From: an uncultured Candidatus Saccharibacteria bacterium
Lineage (GTDB): Bacteria > Patescibacteriota > Minisyncoccia > Phycocordibacterales > CAIRYW01
NCBI GenBank assembly: GCA_964446625.1
Contig: CAYUPH010000002.1
Coordinates: 69,743 to 133,742, forward strand
Length of the DNA: 64,000 bases
Reading direction: 5' to 3'
Shown here: positions 47,328-56,952 of the stretch, in pieces
How the letters are laid out: each line of letters begins with the position of its first letter
Position numbering within the stretch: the stretch's first letter is position 1
Notes under the pieces: generated by a model
Seen by the model: the letters and a program-made list of their open reading frames with translations, nothing else
Told to the model about the DNA's origin: nothing
The model's database searches: none
Made by a program: the position numbers and the translations under genes

Positions 47328-48241
47328 TACGCGTATCTTTTTTCTGAAAGCTGTTTATAAAGACTGTCCCATTCTTTACTATACTCTTCAAACTCTTGCT
47401 CTTCCTTCTCACTCCATACATGCTCTGCATTTTGTTTTGCTTTTACAGTCTTCCCTTTTACAACAAGAAATTCTTTTTCCGAAAGAAGTGGCGAGAGCCC
47501 AAACTCATTTGCAATCTTTTTATAATATTCATAATTTTGATCAGCGTGGCGCAAAATAAATACAAACCTCTTATCTTCTGGCAATTCTTCCATTTGCTTC
47601 CAAATCTCCTTGTTTACCATACTCCCCCACCATGCGATTTTCCCTATCCGGGTAAGTCCTGACCATGTTGAATAAAAGTCTCCGTTTGGTACAAGACGAC
47701 CAAAAAGGTAAAGCCAATACCACTTTTGAGGAAAAGTCGGTTGAAAACCGAGAGCTAAATCATTTCGTCCTCGAACATATTTGTGCTCAAAAAAGCCTTT
47801 ATTGTAGATTGACTGCACAGTAAACCGAGGCTCATTGATTGCAAAAATTATCTTTTCTGGAGAAAGTATATTATAAAGCTCGAGTATGCCATGTGAGAAA
47901 AAAGGGCTTATAACGAGCGACACATCAGCTTTCTTCCAATCTTCCACGATCCCTTTTTTAATTATGCGAATTATACCCGCGGTATCAATAGGAAGCTTGT
48001 TATAGCAAATATACCTATAAAAACACTCAGGCTCAAAGTTTCTTTCTGTAATTCCTGTAGCGTTTTTGTGAGCATTGAAAACATCTCCTAGCCACCTAGT
48101 TCCTGATCGAGCAGAAAGTGTGCATAAAATAAGCTTCTTTCCTTTCTTTTTCCCTTCTTCAAATAAAGCGTCAATAGTATCAAAATCCTCATCCGACATA
48201 CCCCCTCGGTCCCAAGAAATAAGCAGTTTTCCTATCTTCAT
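47327..48241 (-). CDS. sulfotransferase-family protein
   Basis: LILCTLSARSGTRWL resembles the 5'-PSB PAPS-binding loop (xxSGTtW); about 300 aa alpha/beta protein. Confidence 0.4.
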   Translation of the reverse strand: MKIGKLLISWDRGGMSDEDFDTIDALFEEGKKKGKKLILCTLSARSGTRWLGDVFNAHKNATGITERNFEPECFYRYICYNKLPIDTAGIIRIIKKGIVEDWKKADVSLVISPFFSHGILELYNILSPEKIIFAINEPRFTVQSIYNKGFFEHKYVRGRNDLALGFQPTFPQKWYWLYLFGRLVPNGDFYSTWSGLTRIGKIAWWGSMVNKEIWKQMEELPEDKRFVFILRHADQNYEYYKKIANEFGLSPLLSEKEFLVVKGKTVKAKQNAEHVWSEKEEQEFEEYSKEWDSLYKQLSEKRYA

Positions 48242-48303
48242 GTTCTTTTGATTACCTGACTAATTTGACCATTATACACCAAATTTTGCGTCTCAAAAGG
48301 AGA

Positions 48304-48969
48304 CTATTTCTTCTCCAAAATGAAAAAATGGTGGAATTTATTGAGGGGTGGATTGAACTCTCGGAGAATTTTAAAATGTTCCTTAAGTGAATTTCTTACT
48401 TTCTTTTTAGAAGTAGTAAAATAGTCGATCTCAAAATAATGCTGACCTGAATCTTCAAATCCACCAAACCGAACCGGAAACCGAAGAGACAAATCGATAT
48501 ACTTTCTTTTAAGAAGTGTTTGAATAAAAGGAAACTTTAGCACAATATTAAGACCTGTGTGTTTTTCAGGAAGAGAGATTACAACGTATTTTCTTGAAAT
48601 TCTATGAAAATCACCGAGCACCTTTTCGAAATCACCATATGGAATATGCTCAAGTATTTGACACGCAACGATACAGTCAAAAGAGTCTTTTTCAAAAGGA
48701 AGTGACCTCACGTCTGAAACAACGTCAGGTAAAACATTTTTATCAAAATCACATGTTGTTACTTTGTAGCCAAGCGCAGTAAGTTCTCGAGAGAGAATTT
48801 TGCTCCCCGGACCAATTTCAAGAACTGTTTCTACTTCTGGAAGCGAAATAACCGAGTCAATTTGAAAAAAGTAAGAAATAAATCTTTCAAAGGTGTTGTA
48901 CCTCTTCTTTTTGTAGTGTCCTTCTTTTACTTGTACTTTATTTTTTTCTTCCAACATAAAAATATCCAA
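48304..48969 (-). CDS. class I SAM-dependent methyltransferase
   Basis: VLEIGPGSK motif I and DCIVACQILEH. Confidence 0.65.
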   Translation of the reverse strand: MDIFMLEEKNKVQVKEGHYKKKRYNTFERFISYFFQIDSVISLPEVETVLEIGPGSKILSRELTALGYKVTTCDFDKNVLPDVVSDVRSLPFEKDSFDCIVACQILEHIPYGDFEKVLGDFHRISRKYVVISLPEKHTGLNIVLKFPFIQTLLKRKYIDLSLRFPVRFGGFEDSGQHYFEIDYFTTSKKKVRNSLKEHFKILREFNPPLNKFHHFFILEKK

Positions 48970-49591
48970 TAGGAAGCGGATAATTTGTTTTTATTTTCTT
49001 TGGTATTAGCATATCAAAAAAGAGTGCGAAAGTATTTACAACTAGACGAATAGGCCAAAACAAAAGAAGCGTGTGAAGGGAGTATGCAAAAACAGAAAAT
49101 CTTTCACCGATTCTTTCCCCCAAAACAATCTCAAAACTTTGTTTTTCAAAAAGACTCTCTATCCCCTCCTTAGTATGCCTTTGGTAATCGTGTGGCTCTG
49201 GCATTTCATTGACTGCAAAGGGATTAGACACAAGAAGGTGTCCATCTTTTTGTAAGACACGAGCCACTTCCTTAAGCACAAAGCCTGGATCTTCTGCTAT
49301 ATAAAGATTATGAAAAAGAAAAACCGTATCGAAGGATTCGTTTTCATAAGGAAACACTTTGTTAAAATCAAGAAAAACATCTTTGTCATCTGATCCAAAA
49401 TCTGTCTTTATATATGTGATGTCCTCTGGAAGAAAACCGATATAAGATGGGGCTTTTCCTGCACCTATGTCGAGAACTTTCCCTTTTATATACTTGCCGT
49501 GTTTTAAAAGACGAAACTGAAACAAGATTCGGTAAAGCGTCTTCCCTTTGATTGTCTGCCGGAGGAAACTAAATAAATTTTTCATGTGCAA
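48938..49591 (-). CDS. class I SAM-dependent methyltransferase
   Basis: VLDIGAGKA motif I and FDTVFLFHNL; overlaps the downstream methyltransferase by 32 nt. Confidence 0.65.
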   Translation of the reverse strand: MHMKNLFSFLRQTIKGKTLYRILFQFRLLKHGKYIKGKVLDIGAGKAPSYIGFLPEDITYIKTDFGSDDKDVFLDFNKVFPYENESFDTVFLFHNLYIAEDPGFVLKEVARVLQKDGHLLVSNPFAVNEMPEPHDYQRHTKEGIESLFEKQSFEIVLGERIGERFSVFAYSLHTLLLFWPIRLVVNTFALFFDMLIPKKIKTNYPLPIGYFYVGRKK

Positions 49592-50654
49592 TCTTTATCC
49601 AATTATCTTTGTACGCTTGGAGCGTTTCCTCTTCAGAAAGAAGTTTCTTGCTTAAATCTTTATTTGCTTCACAAATTTTTTTTCGAAACTCATTGTCTTC
49701 TATAATTCGTATCATCTCAGCTAGCAACTCTTTTTCGTCTCCAATTTTTATTACAACAGCATTTTCATTATGAATAAGTAACTCATTTGCCGCACCAACA
49801 TTCGTCATGATAACAGGAAGGCCCGAAAGCGCTGCTTCTATGGGTGCAAGTCCATACCCCTCACTATATGAAGTTAGAAGAAAACAATCTCCCTTTTCAA
49901 AAAAGCTCAAAGTATCATCTATGTTTCCCAAAAAATGCACCGAGTCTGATATTTGTAGTTCCGCAGTCTTTTCTTTTAAAGAAGCTTCCTCAGGTCCTGA
50001 ACCTCCAATGAGAAGCTGACAATTTTGAAATACTTTTTTCAGCCGGTGAAATGCTCTGAGCTGCATTTCAATATTTTTTACTTTTACCAACCGGCTTAAA
50101 GTTATAAAAGTAAAACTGGTTCTATTTACATCTCTTTCCTTGTACTGAAATTTTGTACAATCTGTAAAAATAGGTACCACTGATATTTTACTTCCTTCAA
50201 GTTTAAAAGAAGATACTAAAAAGTTTTTGAGTCGAAAACTGACCGTGCGTAGTCCAGTTGCTTTTTTTAAGACAAAGCCAGCAAGAAGCTTTCTTATTCC
50301 AGTATATTTTTCAAAACCATGAACTTGAATTTCAAGTGGTGTTTTAGTGATAATACTTAAAAAAACTGCCACACTTCCTACAAAATACGTATCTCTTGTT
50401 GAGATTAAACTGTAGCCCACCCTTTTCATAAGAGCGAAACCCATGAAAAAGAACTTTAAAAGACTTACTATCTTTGATCTGGAACTAAAACTTATTACTC
50501 GTACATTTTCCGATATGTAGGTCTCTCCTTTTTTTACTCCAGGAACAAGAATATCAATTTTTTCTACAAGATTTCCATATGAAATAAATCTCTTCTGCAC
50601 CGCAGATCCTGCTACCAAAATATTCTTGTCGAGTCCAAAAAAGAGGATTTTCAT
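49569..50654 (-). CDS. GT4 glycosyltransferase
   Basis: EGYGLAPIEAALSGLPVIMTNVG motif. Confidence 0.7.
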   Translation of the reverse strand: MKILFFGLDKNILVAGSAVQKRFISYGNLVEKIDILVPGVKKGETYISENVRVISFSSRSKIVSLLKFFFMGFALMKRVGYSLISTRDTYFVGSVAVFLSIITKTPLEIQVHGFEKYTGIRKLLAGFVLKKATGLRTVSFRLKNFLVSSFKLEGSKISVVPIFTDCTKFQYKERDVNRTSFTFITLSRLVKVKNIEMQLRAFHRLKKVFQNCQLLIGGSGPEEASLKEKTAELQISDSVHFLGNIDDTLSFFEKGDCFLLTSYSEGYGLAPIEAALSGLPVIMTNVGAANELLIHNENAVVIKIGDEKELLAEMIRIIEDNEFRKKICEANKDLSKKLLSEEETLQAYKDNWIKIAHEKFI

Positions 50655-51745
50655 ATAAGGCCAATTAACTTATTTACTGTATTATCAAAACTGTATTTTT
50701 TCGCTTCTTCCCTAGCAGCAAGACTAACCCTCTTTACCCCCTCTGGATTTTTATAGACTTCAATTATCTTTTTTTTAAGAGCGTCTGTATCTCCAGGAGA
50801 AAAAAGAAATCCTGTAACTCCGTCGCAAATAATTTCCTCAAGGCTTCCTGTCCTCGTCGCCACAACTACAGCCCTAAGAGCCATTGCCTCTACGGCTTGA
50901 AAAGAAAAACTTTCAAATCCGGAATTTAAAACAAAAACACTCGACTTTTTTATGAGCCCGAAAAGCTCTTCTCGGGGAAGAGATTTTTGAGTTTTTATAC
51001 ATTGGGAAAGACCAGTTTCTTTGATTGCATTTAAAATGTTCTGCTCCTCGGGCCCGCTTCCCACTATACAAAGCGTCGCCTCAGGAATAACCTCCTTTAT
51101 ATCCTTAAAAGCGTATACAAGCTCTTTAAACCCCTTCCAAGGCACCATTCTCCCTGCTGTTAGTATGGCAAATCCGTCTTTTTGTGCCTCTAACGCTACA
51201 CCCTCTTTATATACAAATTTTTCAATTCCATTGTAAACTACCCGAAGTTTAGAATCCAAAACCCCCCACTTTAAAACCACACTCTTGAAGTACTCACTCG
51301 GCACAATGACTGTGTCTGCATGTGTAGCTACAAACTTTTGAATGGAACGCAAAAAACCAAGAACTCCTTTAGTTTTTTTATCTTGAAACTCATCTATACT
51401 TTCTTTTACCTCAAACCTCTGTACACCTTGCTCCCATGCGTAGTCCCCAGGAACCCGAAGTATCATTTTTTTTCGAAGTATTTTTGAAACAATCAGAGCT
51501 GGCAGACCAACACTTACTGTATCTTGCACAAAAAAAGTATTAGCTTTTCGTCCGTGCCAAAAAAGCTTTGCTCCATATACAAAGTGACGCACTATTTTTG
51601 GAAAAGACAGAACCTCTCCAAATGATTCAACTATTACATTTACACCTCGCTCAGGTAGCGCGTCTGCTAAGAGTTTTGCATATGTAGCCGGTCCACCAAT
51701 TTGTGGAGGAAAAATTCCAGTTGCAATGAGTACAGTTTTTGCCAT
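50651..51745 (-). CDS. GT4 glycosyltransferase
   Basis: ESFSFQAVEAMALRAVVVATRTG motif. Confidence 0.7.
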   Translation of the reverse strand: MAKTVLIATGIFPPQIGGPATYAKLLADALPERGVNVIVESFGEVLSFPKIVRHFVYGAKLFWHGRKANTFFVQDTVSVGLPALIVSKILRKKMILRVPGDYAWEQGVQRFEVKESIDEFQDKKTKGVLGFLRSIQKFVATHADTVIVPSEYFKSVVLKWGVLDSKLRVVYNGIEKFVYKEGVALEAQKDGFAILTAGRMVPWKGFKELVYAFKDIKEVIPEATLCIVGSGPEEQNILNAIKETGLSQCIKTQKSLPREELFGLIKKSSVFVLNSGFESFSFQAVEAMALRAVVVATRTGSLEEIICDGVTGFLFSPGDTDALKKKIIEVYKNPEGVKRVSLAAREEAKKYSFDNTVNKLIGLI

Positions 51746-51746
51746 T

Positions 51747-53039
51747 TTAAACTACAAGAAGCTTGTAAAGAGATTCGATTTTACCAGCGCCGAGCGTAAG
51801 GATTATATCCCCTTCTCCCGCAAATCTTGTTATATAATCCACTGCGCTTTGTGGAGAGTCTTCATATGTAACAGCTTCGCTTCCAGCTTTTTCTACCACC
51901 ATTTGACTGGTAATACTACCATCAAAAACTTCTCTTGCGGGGTAAATAGGCAAAATCACTGTTTTCTCTGCGCCCGCAAAGCTTTCTGCAAATTCAGAGA
52001 GAAGGAGTTTTGTGCGACTGTAGAGGTGAGGCTCAAAAATAACAAAAACTTTTTTTCCTCCCACAGCTTCTATTGCCGCTTCTATTGTTGCTTTGATTTC
52101 TGTCGGATGGTGTGCGTAATCACTCACAACTTTCGAGCCCTCAGGAGTATTTCCTTTATATTCAAATCGTCGCCATGTTCCTGTAAATCCAAAAAGGCTT
52201 TTCTTTGCATCCTCTGCAGAAATTCCCAATATCTCTGCGACAGCAAGAGCTGCTGCAGCATTTTTTCTATTATGCACCCCAAACACTTGAAGTGCTAAGT
52301 GTGGGTCAAAATATTTTTTATAATCCACAACTTTTGCTTTTACTCCTTCGAGCGCTTCTTTAACCCCTTTTCCGTCTGGATCACAAACAATATATCCATC
52401 TTCGGGAACTGACATTAGAAATTCTCCAAAAGTTTTTACAATATTTTCATAACTGCCATAAAAATCTAAGTGGTCATTATCAATATTTGTCACCACTGCA
52501 ATTTTAGGCGAAATCTGCAAAAAAGATTTTTCGTACTCGCACGCCTCCACCAAAAAATATTTTCCACTTCCCCCCACATAATTGCTTTTATACTTCGAAA
52601 GGAGAGAACCCACAACAACAGTGGGCTCGAATTTTCCTTCTATCATTATTTCTGCAGTCATTGCAGTTGTTGTTGTCTTGCCGTGAGTTCCCGAAACTGC
52701 AATTGTAAATTTTTCTCTTGAAATAAGTCCAAGAACTTCTGGATACGAAAGCGTGTTTGGAAACTTTTGTTTTACGCTCTCAAGAAAGTCGGACGCAAAA
52801 TCACGAATCGCAACGGTATACACAACTAAATCTGTGTCCCCTGGAATATGCTCTAGGTTTTGTCCCTCATATACCTCTATTCCAATTTTTTGAAGTTCTT
52901 CTGTAATAAAAGAAGAACTTGAATCAGACCCCCTCACCTCAGCCCCCGCTTCTTTAAACATTCGTGCGAGTGCTGATACGCCAATACCCCCTATCCCAAG
53001 GAGAAAGACTTTTTTTATCTTTGACAAATCCGAAATCAT
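51747..53039 (-). CDS. murC: UDP-N-acetylmuramate--L-alanine ligase
   Basis: GIGGIGVSALA N-terminal Rossmann motif and Mur ligase GTHGKTTTT P-loop. Confidence 0.85.
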   Translation of the reverse strand: MISDLSKIKKVFLLGIGGIGVSALARMFKEAGAEVRGSDSSSSFITEELQKIGIEVYEGQNLEHIPGDTDLVVYTVAIRDFASDFLESVKQKFPNTLSYPEVLGLISREKFTIAVSGTHGKTTTTAMTAEIMIEGKFEPTVVVGSLLSKYKSNYVGGSGKYFLVEACEYEKSFLQISPKIAVVTNIDNDHLDFYGSYENIVKTFGEFLMSVPEDGYIVCDPDGKGVKEALEGVKAKVVDYKKYFDPHLALQVFGVHNRKNAAAALAVAEILGISAEDAKKSLFGFTGTWRRFEYKGNTPEGSKVVSDYAHHPTEIKATIEAAIEAVGGKKVFVIFEPHLYSRTKLLLSEFAESFAGAEKTVILPIYPAREVFDGSITSQMVVEKAGSEAVTYEDSPQSAVDYITRFAGEGDIILTLGAGKIESLYKLLVV

Positions 53040-53231
53040 GAGGCTATTTTAGCATTTTACGCCTTTTCCTTTTATTGACTAAAGGTAAAGAACGTGACTT
53101 TATTTTATTAAAAACAAGACGACATCTTTACCCAATTTTGTTGATCGTTAACTTCTAATAGGACATCGAAATTCTGCTTACTTATAAAATTACAAATCTT
53201 AACTTAACTATATAAATATATAAGATAATAA

Positions 53232-53260
53232 TTGACATAGTATTAACAATGTGATATGGT
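53232..53260 (+). promoter_or_regulatory. sigma70-like promoter TTGACA-17 nt-TATGGT
   Basis: Consensus -35 TTGACA at 53232-53237, 17-nt spacer and a -10-like TATGGT, at the end of a 215-bp AT-rich intergenic tract upstream of the orphan ORF. Confidence 0.4.
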
Positions 53261-53288
53261 TCTGAACGGCAATTCCGCCTCTTTAAAA

Positions 53289-53900
53289 ATGAATAATCTG
53301 GAAAACTTCCTCCGGGCCGCCGGAGATCTGAACCAAAACAACCCTCTTGCAAGCAGTGCTCGCGCACAGACCTGGACTCAACTCTTCCTGCCAGCAGCTA
53401 AGATCCTGGAAGGAGAAAATCCCAGCCGGGTAGGTGCAGTCTTACAAGCAAGTTTTTTTAACTACGAAGATGGTCTGAAGTCTGTCGTTCACGTGTCTTT
53501 AGGAAGGCCCAGCTTGAAAAACTTTGCGTTCGCCAGCGAAAAAGCATGGCGACTCTGCACAAACCAAACTCACCGCTTTGCTTCACAAAGCGCTAATCCT
53601 TTAAGGCCCACCTATGATGATCTGAGCTTTGACGACCTAAAGGCGGTGAAATTTGCTGGTGCAGTCAGGTTTGATTTACCGAAGGATGAGACGGTCATCT
53701 TATCAGTCTCGGGACTTCCTCCTCAAGTTGATGAAGTTTGTGCCTTCCTGTTCGGGAAACTTTTTTTTCCAGAGTTTGGTCCTCGTCCTAGATCGGACTA
53801 CTGGGGAGAAATGCTCTTCCGTGGTGCATCTAGCTTGTTCAACAGATTTTACGCTTCTCATCTTGATTGGTTTGACCCCAATCATACATGGAGTGCGTAA
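53289..53900 (+). CDS. orphan hypothetical protein (GC-shifted)
   Basis: The ORF is open from 53256. The start is placed at MNNLENFL (53289), downstream of the predicted -10. It is Ala/Ser/Phe-rich with no recognisable motif, and its GC content and codon usage are visibly higher than the surroundings. Confidence 0.4.
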   Translation: MNNLENFLRAAGDLNQNNPLASSARAQTWTQLFLPAAKILEGENPSRVGAVLQASFFNYEDGLKSVVHVSLGRPSLKNFAFASEKAWRLCTNQTHRFASQSANPLRPTYDDLSFDDLKAVKFAGAVRFDLPKDETVILSVSGLPPQVDEVCAFLFGKLFFPEFGPRPRSDYWGEMLFRGASSLFNRFYASHLDWFDPNHTWSA

Positions 53901-53948
53901 CCCGTCTTTCAAAAGGCGGTTTTTTTATTTCCTAATTTTATCTACAAT

Positions 53949-54245
53949 TTACTGACTATAAGTTATCCTCTCGTCGCTGGACTCGTCGCGAAGTCGTTTA
54001 GCGTTTAGGATTTCTTCAAGAAGAGTTTTGAGCTTCCTTTCCGCAAAAAGGTCGTCAGAGGGTGCACTCTCGAGGTACTCACTAAGTCGAGTTTGAAAAA
54101 GTTTCTTTGTGTCCTCAAGGTACTTTGATAGGAGAAGGTGCCTATCATCGGCTTTTCCAAAATCGAGGTGAACTCCTAGCTCTGGCGCATCTCGAAAAAT
54201 AAAATAAGAAGCAGCAACACTATACTCTTTTACTTTTGTTTTCAT
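53949..54245 (-). CDS. hypothetical small protein upstream of radC
   Basis: 98 aa, charged and helical, directly upstream of and co-oriented with the RadC-like gene. Confidence 0.35.
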   Translation of the reverse strand: MKTKVKEYSVAASYFIFRDAPELGVHLDFGKADDRHLLLSKYLEDTKKLFQTRLSEYLESAPSDDLFAERKLKTLLEEILNAKRLRDESSDERITYSQ

Positions 54246-54253
54246 ATTTTTTA

Positions 54254-55018
54254 TTAAAAATTATAATCAACATCAATACTTATAAAACCATTTTTTCCAA
54301 TTATAACATGATCAAGGAGGTCAATTCCCATAATCTTACCGCACTCAATGATCTGCTTTGTTATTTCAACATCTGCTTTACTTGGCTTCAAAACTCCGGA
54401 AGGGTGATTGTGCGCCAAGATAACAGCAACTGCTCCACACTCAAGCGCTGGACGAAAAACTTCCCTTGGGTGAACTATATTTGAATCCACTGTACCAATA
54501 GAAATCACTTCATCGCGTACTACCATGTGATGATTGTTGAGATAAATTCCCCTAAGATGTTCCTTTGACAGACTTCTCATGTCAGAGAGGTACTCGTAGA
54601 CATCATCTGCGGTTCGAATCGTTTCTCCTCTTCCCTTTTCTTTAAAAAAGCGTCGCCCTAGCTCTCCTGCAGCAACTACTTGCAGAGCTTTTACTATTGG
54701 AATTTTTAGCTCCGCGGAAAGCGCATTTGCATCCTTATGATTCACAAGAGCCTTTTGGCCATAGTTTCTAATAATCCTACCTGCCATTTCTAAAACTCCT
54801 TCCTTTTTTGTTCCGCTTGAAAGTACAATAGCAAGAAGCTCTTCGGTAGAGAGTACATCAGCGCCATGTGCGAGAAGTTTTTCTCGTGGTTTTTCATCCT
54901 CGGGTAAATCTCGAATTTTGAGAATATACCTACGAGGAGACTGTCTCAAGCGGAGACTAATCTCTGGCGTATCGTCAGTAATAAAATCATGATTTTTGAT
55001 TAAATACTTTGCCGGCAT
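54254..55018 (-). CDS. radC: RadC-family JAB/MPN-domain protein
   Basis: C-terminal JAMM motif ILAHNHPSG...D...T and N-terminal helix-hairpin-helix region. Confidence 0.8.
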   Translation of the reverse strand: MPAKYLIKNHDFITDDTPEISLRLRQSPRRYILKIRDLPEDEKPREKLLAHGADVLSTEELLAIVLSSGTKKEGVLEMAGRIIRNYGQKALVNHKDANALSAELKIPIVKALQVVAAGELGRRFFKEKGRGETIRTADDVYEYLSDMRSLSKEHLRGIYLNNHHMVVRDEVISIGTVDSNIVHPREVFRPALECGAVAVILAHNHPSGVLKPSKADVEITKQIIECGKIMGIDLLDHVIIGKNGFISIDVDYNF

Positions 55019-55025
55019 GTTTTTA

Positions 55026-55616
55026 TTATACCACTTTCTTTTTACTAGTTTTCAAAAATCTTCGGATGCAAAGTACAAAAGTAAGCAGATAAATGCCAAA
55101 TAGATAAGTAGGAAATATTTTTAATAGTAGTGAAGGGTTTGAAAAGGAAGAAAAAAAGGCGAGCCCTGTTGCAACGGATCCTACTCCCCACGCAATAATT
55201 GACTCAGATCTTGGGTTTATAAAAACATTGTGTAGGGTCGGAATTGAAACAAATAAATCTGCCAGCACAGAAAAGACTGTCGTTATAAACGCATCCTTAG
55301 AAACAAGGAATACTACGAGACACAAAATTCCGAGCGCAAGATAGATGTAGTCAAAGAAAAGTATTGTCCGATTTTTGCGAGAAAGTGAAAGGAAAAAGAC
55401 TATGAGGCACGACACGCACGAACCTATAACAATCGACATAAGAAAATCAAAACCGCTTTCAAGTACCTGTGCAATCAAACTCGCAGACATAATAAGAAAC
55501 CATCCAAGCCACGAGAGAGGTCGTGGACTAAGAGTACCCTTCAAAATACCCACTGAATAAGGCACCGCAACACTCGCAAGAATGATACCAGAGAGAATTG
55601 AAAGCGTATTTTCCAT
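55026..55616 (-). CDS. hypothetical polytopic membrane protein
   Basis: 196 aa with about six TM helices; its start abuts the murD stop (shared nucleotide). Confidence 0.4.
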   Translation of the reverse strand: MENTLSILSGIILASVAVPYSVGILKGTLSPRPLSWLGWFLIMSASLIAQVLESGFDFLMSIVIGSCVSCLIVFFLSLSRKNRTILFFDYIYLALGILCLVVFLVSKDAFITTVFSVLADLFVSIPTLHNVFINPRSESIIAWGVGSVATGLAFFSSFSNPSLLLKIFPTYLFGIYLLTFVLCIRRFLKTSKKKVV

Positions 55617-56944
55617 TATTTCTTAGCCTCTCCAACAATTTTTAAAAACTGATCATTTCTATCGTACTCGTTTTTAAAGAGTCCAAACGAAGCAAACACA
55701 GGAGAAAAAAGAAAATTATCTCCTTCTTTTGTTAAAGACAAAACCTTTTGAACACCTTCTTCTAAATCTTTGACCTCTGTAAATTTATGAAGTAGTGGCT
55801 TTAACTTTTCGGTTCCAGTTCCCGGAAGAAGAACAATTTCTTTACACCTTTCATTTGCTACATTTGCGAATTCTTCCAAAGACACATTTTTGTCCGCACC
55901 GCCACAGAGAAGTACAATTCCTCCACTAAGCGCACGAAGCGCTGCAATCCCCGCCTCTGGTGTTGTTGCATTGTTGTCGTTCCAGATTTTGACACCATTT
56001 TCTTCTTTTACAAACTCAAGTCTTCCTTGAACCGCTTCAAAACTTTCTACTCCTTCTTTTATTTTTTCTTCGCTCGCTCCGAGCGCTCGACATGCCTCTA
56101 GAGCGCAAGCTATGTTTAGCAAATTGTGTTCTCCTGGAATTTTTATTTTCCAATCCTGTGGAACATTGTTTGGATTTCCTATTTTTATTCTCCCAACTGG
56201 TTTGCAATTTCTGCCTTCTACTTCTTTTTGCATTCCGTCTCCTAGAACCAAAGTACCATCTGGTTTTTGATATTTGAAAATATTTGCTTTGTCATCAAAA
56301 TATTTTTCCATATCTCCTCCATAGTAGTTCATATGGTCGGACATAAAAGTTGTAAAGACTGCAATGTCCGGAGAAATTTTACCTTCTCCAAAACCTTGGA
56401 GTTGCCAACTATCGAGTTCCAAAACAACAATATCTCCTGCTTCAACTTCCTTAAGAAGCGGAAGAGTTGCCATGTCACGAATATTTCCTCCTACAAACAC
56501 GTTTCCTTTTCCCGCTTCAAGTCTTAGTATATGCGCAATAAGGTGTGTTGTTGTTGATTTTCCTCGTGTTCCAGTAACACCAACAGTCCGAACGCCCGGA
56601 GGCAAAAGTTTTACAAAAAGTGACGAATCCATTTCAATAGGAATCCCTTTTTCTCTAGCGTGCAAGATAAACTCTGAATCAAGAGGAACTCCAGCACCTT
56701 TCAAAATAAAATCTTTGTCTTCAAAGTCTGTCACGGTGTGCCCGCCGAGGTGAAGTGTAAGGTTTTGAAAACCAGCAAGCTTTTCAACTGAAGTTCGAAG
56801 CTCCTCTTCTGTTTTTTTATCTGTGACAGTAAGCTCCTCTACTCCGCTTTGGAGCATAAACAGAGCGTCTCCTAGTCCTCTACCAAGAAGCCCGAGCCCG
56901 AGCTGTGTCACCTTTTTCCCTTTAAAAAAGTCTTTGTAGTTCAT
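55616..56944 (-). CDS. murD: UDP-N-acetylmuramoylalanine--D-glutamate ligase
   Basis: Mur ligase P-loop GVTGTRGKSTTT and the MurD-type N-terminal domain. Confidence 0.8.
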   Translation of the reverse strand: MNYKDFFKGKKVTQLGLGLLGRGLGDALFMLQSGVEELTVTDKKTEEELRTSVEKLAGFQNLTLHLGGHTVTDFEDKDFILKGAGVPLDSEFILHAREKGIPIEMDSSLFVKLLPPGVRTVGVTGTRGKSTTTHLIAHILRLEAGKGNVFVGGNIRDMATLPLLKEVEAGDIVVLELDSWQLQGFGEGKISPDIAVFTTFMSDHMNYYGGDMEKYFDDKANIFKYQKPDGTLVLGDGMQKEVEGRNCKPVGRIKIGNPNNVPQDWKIKIPGEHNLLNIACALEACRALGASEEKIKEGVESFEAVQGRLEFVKEENGVKIWNDNNATTPEAGIAALRALSGGIVLLCGGADKNVSLEEFANVANERCKEIVLLPGTGTEKLKPLLHKFTEVKDLEEGVQKVLSLTKEGDNFLFSPVFASFGLFKNEYDRNDQFLKIVGEAKK

Positions 56945-56952
56945 ATATTTGA

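Noticed and set aside
53182-53367. 61-aa minus-strand ORF spanning the promoter region upstream of the orphan gene
   Set aside because: It overlaps the predicted promoter and the orphan ORF start in antisense, is Cys/Arg-rich low complexity, and has no RBS-like context.
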